64,000 nt of DNA, taken from assembly GCF_009914755.1 (NCBI RefSeq), contig NC_060948.1. One strand, given 5' to 3'. Below are positions 23,282-42,898 of the stretch, piece after piece. Position numbers and translations under genes: made by a program. How positions within the stretch are numbered: the stretch's first letter is position 1; each line of letters starts with the position of its first letter. This stretch comes from the human T2T-CHM13v2.0 reference genome, Homo sapiens. The notes below the pieces were generated by a model that was not told the origin of the DNA, made no database searches, and saw nothing but the letters and a program-made list of their open reading frames with translations.

Positions 23282-23573
23282 TTTTTTTTTAGACAGAATC
23301 TTGTCCTGTTGCACAGGGTGGGGTACAATGGCGCCATCTTTGCTCACTGCAACTTCTGCCTCACGGGTCCAAGCGATGGTCCTCCCTCAGCCTCCCAGGT
23401 AGCTGGGACTACACCACACTGGGACTACACCAGCTGCCACCATGCCTAGCTAATTTTTTGGATTTTTAGTAGTGACAGCGTTTCACTGTATTGGCCAGGA
23501 TGGTCTTGATCTCTTCACCTTGTGATCCCCTTGCCTTGGCCTCCAAATTTGCTGGGATTACAGGCCTGAGCCA
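23282..23573 (-). mobile_element. Alu (U10)
   Basis: Copy of U1 Alu. Confidence 0.95.
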
Positions 23574-25700
23574 AGATCCATATTTTTTAAATGAAAAAAA
23601 ATTTCAAAGGTACTCTGCTTGGTACAATAATCAAATGTATAAACTGAGGAATAAAACATAACCATGAAACCTACTTATAACTGCATATGGAAAATACAGA
23701 GGATAATTTTTTTAATAACATATTTTGAAAGCCTTAACTAGTAATTTGAAGAGTTGGCATTTGAAAGGCCAGTATGAATATACCTTCAAAGCAGCAACAC
23801 AGGTTCCCCATGAGAAAAAGCAAACTCAGGGAAAATAAAACCACAAAGGTTCAATCTCTTCTGACCTTTGAAAGACACAGCACAGACAGTGGTCCTTAGG
23901 ACGAAGAGCAGGAGACCCCTAATTTCGTCACCATGGCGATAGGGCATAAACACTGCTGGGTGAGGGCACAATCCACATTGTGAGGTCCAACTGCTGCCAG
24001 GAAGACAGGAGTGCTTTTACATAGACCGAAAGGTCATTGAAGGCTCAGAGTTTTGTTTCAAGAACTGAATCCCAAGCCCACACGTTATTAGGCTGCGCTT
24101 CTTAAAACAAGTTATGAGATGGGAAAAAGGGCACCCACAAACATACGTATACATTATGTATATAATAATATACAGTGTCATATATATAATATATATAACC
24201 TATGTATAATATTGTTTTACATCCTGCATCTTATGTTATATATATTGTATAAAATATAATAATTGATAATATATAACTTTTATAATTATACAATATGACA
24301 TATAGTATACATTATAATTTATGACATATATAATATATGTTATATATCATATACAGAATATATTATACGGTTAATATACGTATTAAATATAAATTATACA
24401 TTATATATATTATATATAATATATCTGTTATATATAATACCCATTATGCATAATATATATATTATGTCTATGTTATATATAGTATAAAACAACATATAAT
24501 AATATATAATTGTATATATAAATGCGACATATAATATATATTATATTTTATAACATAAGTAATATATATTATATATTATATATAATACGTTGTATGTATA
24601 ATACCTATATTAAATATATATTATATGACTATGTTATTAATTACATGTCACATGTGTTATATATTATATATTTTACATAGAATATACCGGTTACATACAA
24701 TATATACCATGTTACCTATAATGTATAATTTATTACATGTAAAATAAAGAATGCAATATATTATGTATAATTTATAATATACAATATGTGGAATGTGATA
24801 TATATAACATATAATATATGATATATGATATACAGTATATGATATATAACATACAATATATGATTCCTAATATATATGGTATACAATATATATTTTATGA
24901 TATGTATTCTATATGTTTTATATTCTGTTATATATAACTATTTGAAATTATATATAACTGTATAATATTTTATGTAAATATGTAATATAATATATATAAC
25001 TATATAATATATTATATATAACTATATATTATGTTATATATACTTTTATAACATAATTTACATAAAATATCATAACATAATATATATTATATTATTTCAT
25101 ATTACATAATATATATTACATATCACCCAATATAACTAACATACATAATATTATAATATAGATTATATTATGTTATATTAAATATCATATATATCATGTA
25201 TCATATATTCTATAATATATATTACACATTATATAATATGTATGTTTTCTATTATGTGATATATATAACTATATATATAATTATATTTTTATACATATAA
25301 CTAGATAAACATGTAATTCTACATATTTTCATTTATAATATGTAGAATTATATAATCATATATAATTATTTATATTCTATAAAAAATTTTATCATTATAT
25401 AAATTATAATATATAAAAATTATAATATGTACTACAAATATATATATTATATATCATATATGATATAGTACCTTTGTTATATATCATAATACATATAAAT
25501 GTGTATTATGTTATCTATAATTATATAATTTCATATATAAGATGTATAATATGTATCATATATTATATATGTTATGTAATATATATAGTATATATAAGAT
25601 GACACAGGATAAATATTATATACTATGACATATAAAATATATGAGGTTATATGTTACATATAAGGCATAGCACATAACATGTAATATATATCATATATAA

Positions 25701-25991
25701 TTTTTTTTTAGACAGAAATTGTCCTGTTGCACAGGGTGGGGTACAATGGCGCCATCTTTGCTCACTGCAACTTCTGCCTCACGGGTCCAAGCGATTGTCC
25801 TCCCTCAGCCTCCCAGGTAGCTGTGACTACACCACACTGGGACTACACCAGCTGCCACCATGCCTAGCTAATTTTTTGGATTTTTAGTAGTGACAGCGTT
25901 TCACTGTATTGGCCAGGATGGTCTTGATCTCTTCACCTTGTGATCCCCTTGCCTTGGCCTCCAAATTTGCTGGGATTACAGGCCTGAGCCA
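25701..25991 (-). mobile_element. Alu (U11), 1 bp shorter
   Basis: gacagaaattgtcc instead of gacagaatcttgtcc. Confidence 0.95.
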
Positions 25992-28087
25992 AGATCCATA
26001 TTTTTTAAATGAAAAAAAATTTCAAAGGTACTCTGCTTGGTACAATAATCAAATGTATAAACTGAGGAATAAAACATAACCATGAAACCTACTTATAACT
26101 GCATATGGAAAATACAGAGGATAATTTTTTAAATAACATATTTTGAAAGCCTTAACTAGTAATTTGAAGAGTTGGCATTTGAAAGGCCAGTATGAATATA
26201 CCTTCAATGCAGCAACACAGGTTCCCCATGAGAAAAAGCAAACACAGGGAAAATAAAAACACAAAGGTTCAATCTCTTCTGACCTTTGAAAGACACAGCA
26301 CAGACAGTGGTCCTTAGGACGAAGAGCAGGAGACCCCTAATTCCGTCACCATGGCGATAGGGCATAAACATTGCTGGGTGAGGGCACAATCCACATTGTG
26401 AGGTCCAACTGCTGCCAGGAAGACAGGAGTGCTTTTACATAGACCGAAAGGTCATTGAAGGCTCAGAGTTTTGTTTCAAGAACTGAATCCCAAGCCCACA
26501 CGTTATTAGGCTGCGCTTCTTAAAACAAGTTATGAGATGGGAAAAAGGGCACCCACAAACATACGTATACATTATGTATATAATAATATACAGTATCATA
26601 TATATAATATATATAACCTATGTATAATATTGTTTTACATCCTGCATCTTATGTTATATATATTGTAAAAAATATAATAATTGATAATATATAAGTTTTA
26701 TAATTATACAATATGACATATAGTATATATTATAATTTATGACATATATAATATATGTTATATATCATATATAGAATATATTATACGGTTAATATACATA
26801 TTAAATATAAATTATACATTATATATATTATATATAATATATCTGTTATATATAATACCCATTATGCATAATATATATATTATGTCTATGTTATATATAG
26901 TATAAAACAACATATAATAATATATAATTGTATATATAAAATGCGACATATAATATATATTATATTTTATAACATATGTAGTATATATTATATATAATAC
27001 GTTGTATGTATAATACCTATATTAAATATATATTATATGACTATGTTATTAATTACATGTCACATGTGTTATATATTATATATTTTACATAGAATATACC
27101 GGTTACATACAATATATACTATGTTACCTATAATGTATAATTTATTACATGTAAAATAAAGAATGCAATATATTATGTATAATTTATAATATACAATATG
27201 TGGAATGTGATATATATAACATATAATATATGATATATGATATACAGTATATGATATATAACATACAATATATGATTCCTAATATATATGGTATACAATA
27301 TATATTTTATGATATGTATTCTATATGTTTTATATTCTGTTATATATAACTATTTGAAATTATATATAACTGTATAATATTTTATGTAAATATGTAATAT
27401 AATATATATAACTATATAATATATTATATATAACTATATATTATGTTATATATACTTTTATAACATAAATTACATAAAATATCATAATATAATATATATT
27501 ATATTATTTCATATTACATAATGTATATTACATATCACCCAATATATCTAACATACATAATATTATAATATAGATTATATTATGTTATATTAAATATCAT
27601 ATATATCATGTATCATATATTCTATAATATATATTACACATTATATAATATGTATGTTGTCTATTATGTGATATATATAACTATATATAATTATATTTTT
27701 ATACATATAACTAGATAAACATGTAATTCTACATATTTTCATTTATAATATGTAGAATTATATAATCATATATAATTATTTATATTCTATAAAAAATTTT
27801 ATCATTATATAAATTATAATATATAAAAATTATAATAGGTACTACAAATATATATATTATATATCATATATGATATAGTACCTTTGTTATATATCATAAT
27901 TCATATAAATGTGTATTATGTTATCTATAATTATATAATTTCATATATAAGGTGTATAATATGTATCATATATTATATATGTTATGTAATATATATAGTA
28001 TATATAAGATGACACAGGATAAATATTATATACTATGACATATAAAATATATGAGGTTATATGTTACATATAAGGCATAGCACATAA

Positions 28088-28402
<315 letters not shown>

Positions 28403-30498
28403 AGATCCATATTTTTTAAATGAAAAAAAATTTCAAAGGTACTCTGCTTGGTACAATAATCAAATGTATAAACTGAGGAATAAAACATAACCATGAAACC
28501 TACTTATAACTGCATATGGAAAATACAGAGGATAATTTTTTAAATAACATATTTTGAAAGCCTTAACTAGTAATTTGAAGAGTTGGCATTTGAAAGGCCA
28601 GTATGAATATACCTTCAAAGCAGCAACACAGGTTCCCCATGAGAAAAAGCAAACACAGGGAAAATAAAAACACAAAGGTTCAATCTCTTCTGACCTTTGA
28701 AAGACACAGCACAGACAGTGGTCCTTAGGACGAAGAGCAGGAGACCCCTAATTCCGTCACCATGGCGATAGGGCATAAACATTGCTGGGTGAGGGCACAA
28801 TCCACATTGTGAGGTCCAACTGCTGCCAGGAAGACAGGAGTGCTTTTACATAGACCGAAAGGTCATTGAAGGCTCAGAGTTTTGTTTCAAGAACTGAATC
28901 CCAAGCCCACACGTTATTAGGCTGCGCTTCTTAAAACAAGTTATGAGATGGGAAAAAGGGCACCCACAAACATACGTATACATTATGTATATAATAATAT
29001 ACAGTATCATAAATATAATATATATAACCTATGTATAATATTGTTTTACATCCTATATCTTATGTTATATATATTGTATAAAATATAATAATTGATAATA
29101 TATAAGTTTTATAATTATACAATATGACATATAGTATATATTATAATTTATGACATATATAATATATGTTATATATCATATATAGAATATATTATACGGT
29201 TAATATACGTATTAAATATAAATTATACATTATATATATTATATATAATATATCTGTTATATATAATACCCATTATGCATAATATATATATTATGTCTAT
29301 GTTATATATAGTATAAAACAACATATAATAATATATAATTGTATATATAAAATGCGACATATAATATATATTATATTTTATAACATATGTAATATATATT
29401 ATATATAATACGTTGTATGTATAATACCTATATTAAATATATATTATATGACTATGTTATTAATTACATGTCACATGTGTTATATATTATATATTTTACA
29501 TAGAATATACCGGTTACATACAATATATACTATGTTACCTATAATGTATAATTTATTACATGTAAAATAAAGAATGCAATATATTATGTAAAATTTATAT
29601 CATACAATATGTGGAATGTGATTTATATAACATATAATATATGATATATGATATACAGTATATGATATATAACATACAATATATGATTCCTAATATATAT
29701 GGTATACAATATATATTTTATGATATGTATTCTATATGTTTTATATTCTGTTATATATAACTATTTGAAATTATATATAACTGTATAATATTTTATGTAA
29801 ATATGTAATATAATATATATAACTATATAATATATTATATATAACTATATATTATGTTATATATACTTTTATAACATAATTTACATAAAATATCATAATA
29901 TAATATATATTATATTATTTCATATTACATAATATATATTACATATCACCCAATATAACTAACATACATAATATTATAATATAGATTATATTGTGTAATA
30001 TTAAATATCATATATATCATGTATCATATATTCTATAATATATATTACACATTATATAATATGTATGTTGTCTATTATGTGATATATATAACTATATATA
30101 ATTATATTTTTATACATATAACTAGATAAACATGTAATTCTACATATTTTCATTTATAATATGTAGAATTATATAATCATATATAATTATTTATATTCTA
30201 TAAAAAATTGTATCATTCTATAAATTATAATATATAAAAATTATAATATGTACTACAAATATATATATTATATATCATATATGATATAGTACCTTTGTTA
30301 TATATCATAATACATATAAATGTGTATTATGTTATCTCTAATTATATAATTTCATATATAAGATGTATAATATGTATCATATATTATATATGTTATGTAA
30401 TATATATAGTATATATAAGATGACACAGGATAAATATTATATACTATGACATATAAAATAGATGAGGTTATATGTTACATATAAGGCATAGTACATAA

Positions 30499-30813
<315 letters not shown>

Positions 30814-32940
30814 AGATCCATATTTTTTAAATGAAAAAAAATTTCAAAGGTACTCTGCTTGGTACAATAATCAAATGTATAAACTGAGGAATAAAACATA
30901 ACCATGAAACCTACTTATAACTGCATATGGAAAATACAGAGGATAATTTTTTAAATAACATATTTTGAAAGCCTTAACTAGTAATTTGAAGAGTTGGCAT
31001 TTGAAAGGCCAGTATGAATATACCTTCAAAGCAGCAACACAGGTTCCCCATGAGAAAAAGCAAACACAGGGAAAATAAAAACACAAAGGTTCAATCTCTT
31101 CTGACCTTTGAAAGACACAGCACAGACAGTGGTCCTTAGGACGAAGAGCAGGAGACCCCTAATTCCGTCACCATGGCGATAGGGCATAAACATTGCTGGG
31201 TGAGGGCACAATCCACATTGTGAGGTCCAACTGCTGCCAGGAAGACAGGAGTGCTTTTACATAGACCGAAAGGTCATTGAAGGCTCAGAGTTTTGTTTCA
31301 AGAACTGAATCCCAAGCCCACACGTTATTAGGCTGCGCTTCTTAAAACAAGTTATGAGATGGGAAAAAGGGCACCCACAAACATACGTATACATTATGTA
31401 TATAATAATATACAGTATCATATATATAATATATATAACCTATGTATAATATTGTTTTACATCCTATATCTTATGTTATATATATTGTATAAAATATAAT
31501 AATTGATAATATATAAGTTTTATAATTATACAATATGACATATAGTATATATTATAATTTATGACATATATAATATATGTTATATATCATATATAGAATA
31601 TATTATACGGTTAATATACGTATTAAATATAAATTATACATTATATATATTATATATAATATATCTGTTATATATAATACCCATTATGCATAATATATAT
31701 ATTATGTCTATGTTATATATAGTATAAAACAACATATAATAATATATAATTGTATATATAAAATGCGACATATAATATATATTATATTTTATAAGATATG
31801 TAATATATATTATATATTATATATAATACGTTGTATGTATAATACCTATATTAAATATATATTATATGACTATGTTATTAATTACATGTCACATGTGTTA
31901 TATATTATATATTTTACATAGAATATACCGGTTACATACAATATATACTATGTTACCTATAATGTATAATTTATTACATGTGAAATAAAAATGCAATATA
32001 TTATGTAAAATTTATAACATACAATATGTGGAATGTGATATATATAACATATAATATATGATATATGATATACAGTATATGATATATAACATACAATATA
32101 TGATTCCTAATATATATGGTATACAATATATATTTTATGATATGTATTCTATATGTTTTATATTCTGTTATATATAACTATTTGAAATTATATATAACTG
32201 TATAATATTTTATGTAAATATGTAATATAATATATATAACTATATAATATATTATATATAACTATATATTATGTTATATATACTTTTATAACATAATTTA
32301 CATAAAATATCATAATATAATATATATTATATTATTTCATATTACATAATATATATTACATATCACCCAATATAACTAACATACATAATATTATTATATA
32401 GATTATATTGTGTTATATTAAATATCATATATATCATGTATCATATATTCTATAATATATATTACACATTATATAATATGTATGTTGTCTATTATGTGAT
32501 ATATATAACTATATATATAATTATATTTTTATACATATAACTAGATAAACATGTAATTCTACATATTTTCATTTATAATATGTAGAATTATATAATCATA
32601 TATAATTATTTATATTCTATAAAAAATTTTATCATTCTATAAATTATAATATATAAAAATTATAATATGTACTACAAATATATATATTATATATCATATA
32701 TGATATAGTACCTTTGTTATATATCATAATACATATAAATGTGTATTATGTTATCTATAATTATATAATTTCATATATAAGATGTATAATATGTATCATA
32801 TATTATATATGTTATGTAATATATATAGTATATATAAGATGACACAGGATAAATATTATATACTATGACATATAAAATAGATGAGGTCATATGTTACATA
32901 TAAGGCATAGCACATAACATGTAATATATATCATATATAA

Positions 32941-33232
<292 letters not shown>

Positions 33233-35330
33233 AGATCCATACTTTTTAAATGAAAAAAAATTTCAAAGGTACTCTGCTTGGTACAATAATCAAATGTATA
33301 AACTGAGGAATAAAACATAACCATGAAACCTACTTATAACTGCATATGGAAAATACAGAGGATAATTTTTTAAATAACATATTTTGAAAGCCTTAACTAG
33401 TAATTTGAAGAGTTGGCATTTGAAAGGCCAGTATGAATATACCTTCAAAGCAGCAACACAGGTTCCCCATGAGAAAAAGCAAACTCAGGGAAAATAAAAA
33501 CACAAAGGTTCAATCTCTTCTGACCTTTGAAAGACACAGCACAGACAGTGGTCCTTAGGACGAAGAGCAGGAGACCCCTAATTCCGTCACCATGGCGATA
33601 GGGCATAAACATTGCTGGGTGAGGGCACAATCCACATTGTGAGGTCCAACTGCTGCCAGGAAGACAGGAGTGCTTTTACATAGACCGAAAGGTCATTGAA
33701 GGCTCAGAGTTTTGTTTCAAGAACTGAATCCCAAGCCCACACGTTATTAGGCTGCGCTTCTTAAAACAAGTTATGAGATGGGAAAAAGGGCACCCACAAA
33801 CATACGTATACATTATGTATATAATAATATACAGGGTCATATATATAATATATATAACCTATGTATAATATTGTTTTACATCCTGCATCTTATGTTATAT
33901 ATATTGTATAAAATATAATAATTGATAATATATAAGTTTTATAATTATACAATATGACATATAGTATATATTATAATTTATGACATATATAATATATGTT
34001 ATATATCATATATAGAATATATTATACGGTTAATATACGTATTAAATATAAATTATACATTATATATATTATATATAATATATCTGTTATATATAATACC
34101 CATTATGCATAATATATATATTATGTCTATGTTATATATAGTATAAAACAACATATAATAATATATAATTGTATATATAAAATGCGACATATAATATATA
34201 TTATATTTTATAACATATGTAATATATATTATATATAATACGTTGTATGTATAATACCTATATTAAATATATATTATATGACTATGTTATTAATTACATG
34301 TCACATGTGTTATATATTATATATTTTACATAGAATATACCGGTTACATACAATATATACTATGTTACCTATAATGTATAATTTATTACATGTAAAATAA
34401 AGAATGCAATATATTATGTAAAATTTATATCATACAATATGTGGAATGTGATGTATATAACATATAATATATGATATATGATATACAGTATATGATATAT
34501 AACATACAATATATGATTCCTAATATATATGGTATACAATATATATTTTATGATATGTATTCTATATGTTTTATATTCTGTTATATATAACTATTTGAAA
34601 TTATATATAACTGTATAATATTTTATGTAAATATGTAATATAATATATATAACTATATAATATATTATATATAACTATATATTATGTTATATATACTTTT
34701 ATAACATAATTTACATAAAATATCATAATATAATATATATTATATTATTTCATATTACATAATATATATTACATATCACCCAATATAACTAACATACATA
34801 ATATTATAATATAGATTATATTGTGTAATATTAAATATCATATATATCATGTATCATATATTCTATAATATATATTACACATTATATAATATGTATGTTG
34901 TCTATTATGTGATATATATAACTATATATATAATTATATTTTTATACATATAACTAGATAAACATGTAATCCTACATATTTTCGTTTATAATATGTAGAA
35001 TTATATAATCATATATAATTATTTATATTGTATAAAAAATTTTATCATTATATAAATTATAATATATAAAAATTATAATAGGTACTACAAATATATATAT
35101 TATATATCATATATGATATAGTACCTTTGTTATATATCATAATACATATAAATGTGTATTATGTTATCTATAATTATATAATTTCATATATAAGATGTAT
35201 AATATGTATCATATATTATATATGTTATGTAATATATATAGTATATATAAGATGACACAGGATAAATATTATATACTATGACATATAAAATATATGAGGT
35301 TATATGTTACATATAAGGCATAGCACATAA

Positions 35331-35645
<315 letters not shown>

Positions 35646-37752
35646 AGATCCATATTTTTTAAATGAAAAAAAATTTCAAAGGTACTCTGCTTGGTACAAT
35701 AATCAAATGTATAAACTGAGGAATAAAACATAACCATGAAACCTACTTATAACTGCATATGGAAAATACAGAGGATAATTTTTTAAATAACATATTTTGA
35801 AAGCCTTAACTAGTAATTTGAAGAGTTGGCATTTGAAAGGCCAGTATGAATATACCTTCAAAGCAGCAACACAGGTTCCCCATGAGAAAAAGCAAACACA
35901 GGGAAAATAAAAACACAAAGGTTCAATCTCTTCTGACCTTTGAAAGACACAGCACAGACAGTGGTCCTTAGGACGAAGAGCAGGAGACCCCTAATTCCGT
36001 CACCATGGCGATAGGGCATAAACATTGCTGGGTGAGGGCACAATCCACATTGTGAGGTCCAACTGCTGCCAGGAAGACAGGAGTGCTTTTACATAGACCG
36101 AAAGGTCATTGAAGGCTCAGAGTTTTGTTTCAAGAACTGAATCCCAAGCCCACACGTTATTAGGCTGCGCTTCTTAAAACAAGTTATGAGATGGGAAAAA
36201 GGGCACCCAAAAACATACGTATACATTATGTATATAATAATATACAGTGTCATATATATAATATATATAACCTATGTATAATATTGTTTTACATCCTGCA
36301 TCTTATGTTATTTATATTGTATAAAATATAATAATTGATAATATATAAGTTTTATAATTATACAATATGACATATAGTATATATTATAATTTATGACATA
36401 TATAATATATGTTATATATCATATATAGAATATAGTATACGGTTAATATACGTATTAAATATAAATTATACATTATATATATTATATATAATATATCTGT
36501 TATATATAATACCCATTATGCATAATATATATATTATGTCTATGTTATATATAGTATAAAACAACATATAATAATATATAATTGTATATATAAAATGCGA
36601 CATATAATATATATTATATTTTATAATATATGTAATATATATTATATATTATATATAATACGTTGTATGTATAATACCTATATTAAATATATATTATATG
36701 ACTATGTTATTAATTACATGTCACATGTGATATATATTATATATTTTACATAGAATATACCGGTTACATACAATATATACTATGTTACCTATAATGTATA
36801 ATTTATTACATGTAAAATAAAGAATGCAATATATTATGTAAAATTTATAACATACAATATGTGGAATGTGATATATATAACATATAATATATGATATATG
36901 ATATACAGTATATGATATATAACATACAATATATGATTCCTATTATATATGGTATACAATATATATTTTATGATATGTATTCTATATGTTTTATATTCTG
37001 TTATATATAACTATTTGAAATTATATATAACTGTATAATATTTTATGTAAATATGTAATATAATATATATAACTATATAATATATTATATATAACTATAT
37101 ATTATGTTATATATACTTTTATAACATAATTTACATAAAATATCATAATATAATATATATTATATTATTTCATATTACATAATATATATTACATATCACC
37201 CAATATATCTAACATACATAATATTATAATATAGATTATATTATGTTATATTAAATATCATATATATCATGTATCATATATTCTATAATATATATTACAC
37301 ATTATATAATATGTATGTTGTCTATTATGTGATATATATAACTATATATATAATTATATTTTTATACATATAACTAGATAAACATGTAATCCTACATATT
37401 TTCATTTATAATATGTAGAATTATATAATCATATGTAATTATTTATATTCTATAAAAAATTTTATCATTATATAAATTATAATATATAAAAATTATAATA
37501 TGTACTACAAATATATATATATTATATATCATATATGATATAGTACCTTTGTTATATATCATAATACATATAAATGTGTATTATGTTATCTATAATTATA
37601 TAATTTCATATATAAGATGTATAATATGTATCATATATTATATATGTTATGTAATATATATAGTATATATAAGATGACACAGGATAAATATTATATACTA
37701 TGACATATAAAATATATGAGGTTATATGTTACATATAAGGCATAGCACATAA

Positions 37753-38067
<315 letters not shown>

Positions 38068-40193
38068 AGATCCATACTTTTTAAATGAAAAAAAATTTCA
38101 AAGGTACTCTGCTTGGTACAATAATCAAATGTATAAACTGAGGAATAAAACATAACCATGAAACCTACTTATAACTGCATATGGAAAATACAGAGGATAA
38201 TTTTTTAAATAACATATTTTGAAAGCCTTAACTAGTAATTTGAAGAGTTGGCAGTTGAAAGGCCAGTATGAATATACCTTCAAAGCAGCAACACAGGTTC
38301 CCCATGAGAAAAAGCAGACTCAGGGAAAATAAAAACACACAGGTTCAATCTCTTCTGACCTTTGAAAGACACAGCACAGACAGTGGTCCTTAGGACGAAG
38401 AGCAGGAGACCCCTAATTCCGTCACCATGGCGATAGGGCATAAACATTGCTGGGTGAGGGCACAATCCACATTGTGAGGTCCAACTGCTGCCAGGAAGAC
38501 AGGAGTGCTTTTACATAGACCGAAAGGTCATTGAAGGCTCAGAGTTTTGTTTCAAGAACTGAATCCCAAGCCCACACGTTATTAGGCTGCGCTTCTTAAA
38601 ACAAGTTATGAGATGGGAAAAAGGGCACCCACAAACATACGTATACATTATGTATATAATAATATACAGTGTCATATATATAATATATATAACCTATGTA
38701 TAATATTGTTTTACATCCTGCATCTTATGTTATATATATTGTATAAAATATAATTATTGATAATATATAAGTTTTATAATTATGCTATATGACATATAGT
38801 ATATATTATAATTTATGACATATATAATATATGTTATATATCATATATAGAATATATTATACGGTTAATATACGTATTAAATATAAATTATACATTATAT
38901 ATATTATATATAATATATCTGTTATATATAATACCCATTATGCATAATATATATATTATGTCTATGTTATATATAGTATAAAACAACATATAATAATATA
39001 TAATTGTATATATAAAATGCGACATATAATATATATTATATTTTATAACATATGTAATATATATTATATATTATATATAATACGTTGTATGTATAATACC
39101 TATATTAAATATATATTATATGACTATGTTATTAATTACATGTCACATGTGTTATATATTATATATTTTACATAGAATATACCGGTTACATACAATATAT
39201 ACTATGTTACCTATAATGTATAATTTATTACATGTAAAATAAAGAATGCAATATATTATGTATAATTTATAATAAACAATATGTGGAATGTGATATATAT
39301 AACATATAATATATGATATATGATATACAGTATATGATATATAACATACAATATAAGATTCCTAATATATATGGTATACAATATATATTTTATGATATGT
39401 ATTCTATATGTTTTATATTCTGTTATATATAACTATTTGAAATTATATATAACTGTATAATATTTTATGTAAATATGTAATATAATATATATAACTATAT
39501 AATATATTATATATAACTATATATTATGTTATATATGCTTTTATAACATAATTTACATAAAATATCATAATATAATATATATTATATTATTTCATATTAC
39601 ATAATATATATTACATATCACCCAATATAACTAACATACATAATATTATAATATAGATTATATTGTGTTATATTAAATATCATATATATCATGTATCATA
39701 TATTCTATACTATATATTACACATTATATAATATGTATGTTGTCTATTATGTGATATATATAACTATATATATAATTATATTTTTATACATATAACTAGA
39801 TAAACATGTAATTCTACATATTTTCATTTATAATATGTAGAATTATATAATCATATATAATTATTTATATTGTATAAAAAATTTTATTATTATATAAATT
39901 ATAATATATAAAAATTATAATATGTACTACAAATATATATATTATAAATCATATATGATATAGTACCTTTGTTATATATCATAATACATATAAATGTGTA
40001 TTATGTTATCTATAATTATATAATTTCATATATAAGATGTATAATATGTATCATATATTATATATGTTATGTAATATATATAGTATATATAAGATGACAG
40101 GATAAATATTATATACTATGACATATAAAATATATGAGGTTATATGTTACATATAAGGCATAGCACATAACATGTAATATATATCATATATAA

Positions 40194-40485
40194 TTTTTTT
40201 TTAGACAGAATCTTGTCCTGTTGCACAGGGTGGGGTACAATGGCGCCATCTTTGCTCACTGCAGCTTCTGCCTCACGGGTCCAAGCGATTGTCCTCCCTC
40301 AGCCTCCCAGGTAGCTGGGACTACACCACACTGGGACTACACCAGCTGCCACCATGCCTAGCTAATTTTTTGGATTTTTAGTAGTGACAGCGTTTCACTG
40401 TATTGGCCAGGATGGTCTTGATCTCTTCACCTTGTGATCCCCTTGCCTTGGCCTCCAAATTTGCTGGGATTACAGGCCTGAGCCA
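40194..40485 (-). mobile_element. Alu (U17)
   Basis: Copy of U1 Alu. Confidence 0.95.
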
Positions 40486-42583
40486 AGATCCATATTTTTT
40501 AAATGAAAAAAAATTTCAAAGGTACTCTGCTTGGTACAATAATCAAATGTATAAACTGAGGAATAAAACATAACCATGAAACCTACTTATAACTGCATAT
40601 GGAAAATACAGAGGATAATTTTTTAAATAACATATTTTGAAAGCCTTAACTAGTAATTTGAAGAGTTGGCATTTGAAAGGCCAGTATGAATATACCTTCA
40701 AAGCAGCAACACAGGTTCCCCATGAGAAAAAGCAAACACAGGGAAAATAAAAACACAAAGGTTCAATCTCTTCTGACCTTTGAAAGACACAGCACAGACA
40801 GTGGTCCTTAGGACGAAGAGCAGGAGACCCCTAATTCCGTCACCATGGCGATAGGGCATAAACATTGCTGGGTGAGGGCACAATCCACATTGTGAGGTCC
40901 AACTGCTGCCAGGAAGACAGGAGTGCTTTTACATAGACCGAAAGGTCATTGAAGGCTCAGAGTTTTGTTTCAAGAACTGAATCCCAAGCCCACACGTTAT
41001 TAGGCTGCGCTTCTTAAAACAAGTTATGAGATGGGAAAAAGGGCACCCACAAACATACGTATACATTATGTATATAATAATATACAGTATCATATATATA
41101 ATATATATAACCTATGTATAATATTGTTTTACATCCTGCATCTTATGTTATATATATTGTATAAAATATAATAATTGATAATATATAAGTTTTATAATTA
41201 TACAATATGACATATAGTATATATTATAATTTATGAAATATATAATATATGTTATATATCATATATAGAATATATTATACGGTTAATATACGTATTAAAT
41301 ATAAATTATACATTATATATATTATATATAATATATCTGTTATATATAATACACATTATGTATAATATATATATTATGTCTATGTTATATATAGTATAAA
41401 ACAACATATAATAATATATAATTGTATATATAAAATGCGACATATAATATATATTATATTTTATAACATATGTAATATATATTATATATAATACGTTGTA
41501 TGTATAATACCTATATTAAATATATATTATATGACTATGTTATTAATTATATGTCACATGTGTTATATATAATATATTTTACATAGAATATACCGGTTAC
41601 ATACAATATATACTATGTTACCTATAATGTATAATTTATTACATGTAAAATAAAGAATGCAATATATTATGTAAAATTTATAACATACAATATGTGGAAT
41701 GTGATATATATAACATATAATATATGATATATGATATACAATATATGATATATAACATACAATATATGATTCCTAATATATATGGTATACAATATATATT
41801 TTATGATATGTATTCTCTATGTTTTATATTCTGTTATATATAACTATTTGAAATTATATATAACTGTATAATATTTTATGTAAATATGTAATATAATATA
41901 TATAACTATATAATATATTATATATAACTATATATTATGTTATATATACTTTTATAACATAATTTACATAAAATATCATAATATAATATATATTATATTA
42001 TTTCATATTACATAATATATATTACATATCACCCAATATAACTAACATACATAATATTATAATATAGATTATATTGTGTTATATTAAATATCATATATAT
42101 CATGTATCATATATTCTATAATATATATTACACATTATATAATATGTATGTTGTCTATTATGTGATATATATAACTATACATATAATTATATTTTTATAC
42201 ATATAACTAGATAAACATGTAATTCTACATATTTTCATTTATAATATGTAGAATTATATAATCATATATAATTATTTATATTCTATAAAAAATTTTATCA
42301 TTATATAAATTATAATGTATAAAAATTATCATATGTACTACAAATATATATATTGTATATCATATATGATATAGTATCTTTGTTATATATCATAATACAT
42401 ATAAATGTGTATTATGTTATCTATAATTATATAATTTCATATATAAGATGTATAATATGTATCATATATTATATATGTTATGTAATATATATAGTATATA
42501 TAAGATGACACAGGATAAATATTATATACTATGACATATAAAATATATGAGGTTATATGTTACATATAAGGCATAGCACATAA

Positions 42584-42898
<315 letters not shown>

